Positions 61,630 through 62,517 of a stretch of 62,517 nucleotides of DNA are shown one piece after another (positions within the stretch are counted from its first letter, which is position 1; every line of letters starts with the position of its first letter). A program made the translations under genes and the position numbers. Source of the stretch: Gekko japonicus (Eukaryota); the NCBI RefSeq assembly GCF_001447785.1, contig NW_015172070.1, positions 252,320 through 314,836 of the forward strand. The letters run 5' to 3'. The notes beneath the pieces are model-generated. The model was given only the letters and a program-made list of their open reading frames with translations. It made no database searches and was not told where the DNA came from.

Positions 61630-62517
61630 CTGTCAAGAGATCAGAGAGGGGAGAGAGTCAAGTGTAGGGGGAGAGGAAAACCAGGGCAAGGTGTTGAGGA
61701 GGCTGCTGCCGTCAGCGGTACAACAGGACGTGTGTTTGGGTCCATGGTGAATAAGAACTATGTTGGGATGGTGGGAAGGGGGACTGCTTATAGCGTGACA
61801 CACAGCAAGAGGCAAAAGGCTTCGTGAGACAACAAAGCTGTTGGCTCAGACCCTAAGATCATTCATTCCCCAAAAGTCATCTGAAATGTTAGGCATTTCA
61901 GATACCTCCTTGTTCTATGATCAGAACAAATTTTAGGGGACTTGAACTGTGGATGCGCATAGTTGTGGCAAACGGGGGTGCAGAATGAATCCGGACTCTT
62001 AAGAAACGGAGTGGGGTTTTTTTCCTTTCAGGGGAAAGCAGCCATTTAGTCCTCGTTGTTACAAAGATAGCTTAATAAGGGGGATCCCCTGATAAGTAAT
62101 TCTGCTGAAAAAAAGAGCTGGGGAACCCTCAATAAGGGGAAGGAGGACTAGCTCTTAAGCCATGTTGTTTCTGGGCTGCTCTTTCAACCGCCTGAGGCTC
62201 AAATCAGTCTGGGATTGGGCAGTTCCGATCAGGGCAATGGTACACATCTCTTCCCCAGCACCACAGCTTTAACTGATGCTACTTTCTGCAGTTGTTAGAT
62301 CTGGGGGTGTTCTGATTTATTTCATTTCATTCATTTATGCCCCTTTTTTTCTCCTCAATGGAGACCTGTAGCAGCTTACAACATTCTCCTCTCCCCTATA
62401 TTTTATCTTCAGAACAACCCTGTGAGGTACTCCAGGAAATTAAGATACATGTGCTAACGTAGCAGAAGGCACAGAGGTTTGCAGCTGTCTCTCTGTCTCA
62501 AGTACTGGATATAATTT

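Overview
Vertebrate genomic DNA from a squamate reptile, probably a gecko (inferred from Sauria SINEs, Bov-B/RTE, CR1, Penelope and abundant hAT-type MITEs). It has two assembly gaps. Five protein-coding loci could be spliced by hand. (1) SPPL2B exon 1 (-) is head-to-head with (2) a complete LSM7 (+, 4 exons, 103 aa) across a CpG-rich bidirectional promoter. (3) A complete 3-exon BTB-BACK-6xKelch gene (+, 547 aa) that I cannot name lies tail-to-tail with (4) a CTDSPL2/SCP4-like HAD-fold gene (-). This gene has an intact, phase-consistent exon chain, but its catalytic DxDx(T) motif reads ELEET and motif IV DN reads AN, so it is a predicted pseudophosphatase with a disrupted N-terminus. (5) The last five coding exons of ADAMTSL5 (-). 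The rest is nested transposable elements, including a young MITE carrying octamer/KLF/ETS motif arrays clustered in the pseudophosphatase locus, a fold-back with a degenerate hammerhead core, a 51-bp perfect inverted repeat 2.9 kb apart, and several recent tandem duplications. All homology calls come from recalled family sequences; no database search was run.
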